Shown: positions 62,695 through 64,000 of the stretch, piece after piece
How the letters are laid out: every line of letters begins with the position of its first letter
Position numbering within the stretch: position 1 is the first letter of the stretch
Origin: a virus
Direction: 5' to 3' (one strand)
DNA: 64,000 nt
Virus record (IMG/VR): IMGVR_UViG_3300038415_000126
Span: 1 to 64,000 of that record
Program-made: the position numbers and the translations under genes
The notes under the pieces: generated by a model
What the model saw: only the letters and a program-made list of their open reading frames with translations
Databases searched by the model: none
Told to the model about the DNA's origin: nothing

Positions 62695-63348
62695 CTAGAG
62701 CCATTCCCCTAATTCCTTGTCGAAGTACTTGCGGGTGACCGGGCATACCTTTGACACTAGCTGGCGCACCTTCCCCGGGTCAATCTTATTCAGCGATTCC
62801 AGCCCAATAACCAACGCTGCCTTCGTCACCCGCCGGTGAGACACCTCCCCGCCTATCGCCTGCCACACCCGATCAACCCCCTCTAACAACCCCTGGGTCG
62901 AAGAACACTCAAGGACCAGCTCCGCCTTGATCCGCCTCTTGTGCGACCGTACCCCCACAGGTGGCTTCTCCCGATAAGGAGCCGCTCCCTCAACCATACT
63001 CAAAGCAACCCCCCGAGGCTTCCCCAAGAGGAGTTTAATCCCCAGTAGTATCGCAGTCTTCGCCACCCTGTGTTTCGTGATGGTACACTTGATCCGACCG
63101 TCAGCAACGCCCTTGGAGGCTTCATAAAGTGAGGTCAGGATCTCAACACTCTCGATGGAATTGCTCAAATCTAGCACGGTGTTCCGGTGAGTTGACAAGA
63201 TAACATGTTCTCTTGGGTAGCAGTTACTTAACAAATACAACCACTTAGCATAGGTTTGACCCCACCTCAAGAGGCCTGTTTGCCGATATAACTGAACGCA
63301 CGTGATGCTACATGGCTTGCCCACCCGTGGCAAGCCATGTAGCATCAA
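62695..63348 (-). CDS. Hypothetical protein with internally duplicated helical unit; start uncertain
   Basis: TKHRVAKTAILLGI versus SHRRVTKAALVIGL. Confidence 0.55.
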   Translation of the reverse strand: MMLHGLPRVGKPCSITCVQLYRQTGLLRWGQTYAKWLYLLSNCYPREHVILSTHRNTVLDLSNSIESVEILTSLYEASKGVADGRIKCTITKHRVAKTAILLGIKLLLGKPRGVALSMVEGAAPYREKPPVGVRSHKRRIKAELVLECSSTQGLLEGVDRVWQAIGGEVSHRRVTKAALVIGLESLNKIDPGKVRQLVSKVCPVTRKYFDKELGEWL

Positions 63349-63507
63349 AAAGAACGTCGATTAACATAGGGTTATCTAGTTTAGCACCAGACACGCGTCC
63401 CTAATGTCCCACAAGTCCAGTTCAGTCTTATGGCCTATACTGACGCACGGGAGCAGTTACACAGGTTCAAATAGTATCGAGGTCCCTCTTGGTGTACCCT
63501 GGATAGT

Positions 63508-64000
63508 ATGACTATGAGTCGCAAGATGTTCATCTATCGGGCCAACCGGATACATGGCTCAAGGTATGATTACACCCAGGTCCCAGAGAGGGTCGGCTCG
63601 CGAGTAGTCATTATATGCAGGGAGCATGGTGGGTTCGAGCGAGGGGTCAAGGAGCACTTCCAGAGGAGAGGATGCCCCGTCTGTGACGCCCGAGATAAGC
63701 ACAAGTGGGTATTGTATAAATTTGTGCATGAGGCCCGCAAGGTGCACAAGGATCTCTATAGCTACCCGAGGGTAGGTGAGGCTCAGTTTCCAATGGTGGT
63801 GGTCACCTGCAGGGAGCATGGGGACTTCGAGCAGAGCAAGTACAGCCACCTGAGGGGTAGTGGATGCCCCATCTGTCACCCGCCCTTCTATCGCCAGTCG
63901 AGAGTTGCTAACCGCTGGCTCGACTCCATTGGTCTGCCCAATGACACGAAGCACAGAGAGGTCAAGGGGCTCATTCCTGGTAAGCAGTTCATAGTCGATG
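63508..64000 (+). CDS. DUF723-repeat homing-endonuclease-like protein (partial, not in the ORF track)
   Basis: Two F...A...H...Y.Y...V...C.EHG.F.....H....GCP.C units, then ANRWLD...FIVD(G), the start of a PD-(D/E)xK-like domain. Confidence 0.75.
   Translation, partial: MTMSRKMFIYRANRIHGSRYDYTQVPERVGSRVVIICREHGGFERGVKEHFQRRGCPVCDARDKHKWVLYKFVHEARKVHKDLYSYPRVGEAQFPMVVVTCREHGDFEQSKYSHLRGSGCPICHPPFYRQSRVANRWLDSIGLPNDTKHREVKGLIPGKQFIVD

Overview
This window looks like an accessory/early region of a large (probably jumbo) bacteriophage. It is densely packed with short, mostly minus-strand hypothetical ORFs, has several paralog families, and has no cellular housekeeping operons. Recognisable auxiliary enzymes are an NAD kinase, a Mesh1/SpoT-type HD hydrolase, a DUF262 protein, a HAD 5'-nucleotidase, a nucleoside hydrolase, an Rnl2 RNA ligase, ThiF/MoeB, Thg1 with a P-loop kinase, two zincin metallopeptidases and a homing-endonuclease-like gene. 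The central finding is a compact type V CRISPR locus at 27.3-32.0 kb. It contains a 657-aa Cas12f-like protein in which all three RuvC catalytic positions appear substituted, an overlapping unknown partner ORF, and an upstream tracrRNA or natural single-guide candidate. Its hybrid array has 13 identical 36-nt repeats that continue in register into 8 repeats of a second family sharing only the 3' half. No cas1/cas2 and no transposase lie in the window. A second striking signal is a C-terminal peptide tag, [ST]RYxRx[WP][VI]I-stop, shared by 17 proteins from several unrelated families. Also present are two promoter-like motifs implying leaderless mRNAs, candidate small RNAs, capsid-mimic-like and Acb2/Tad1-like proteins, three in-frame nonsense codons, and an iteron-like 25-bp tandem array. 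All family assignments come from motif recognition by eye; no searches were run.
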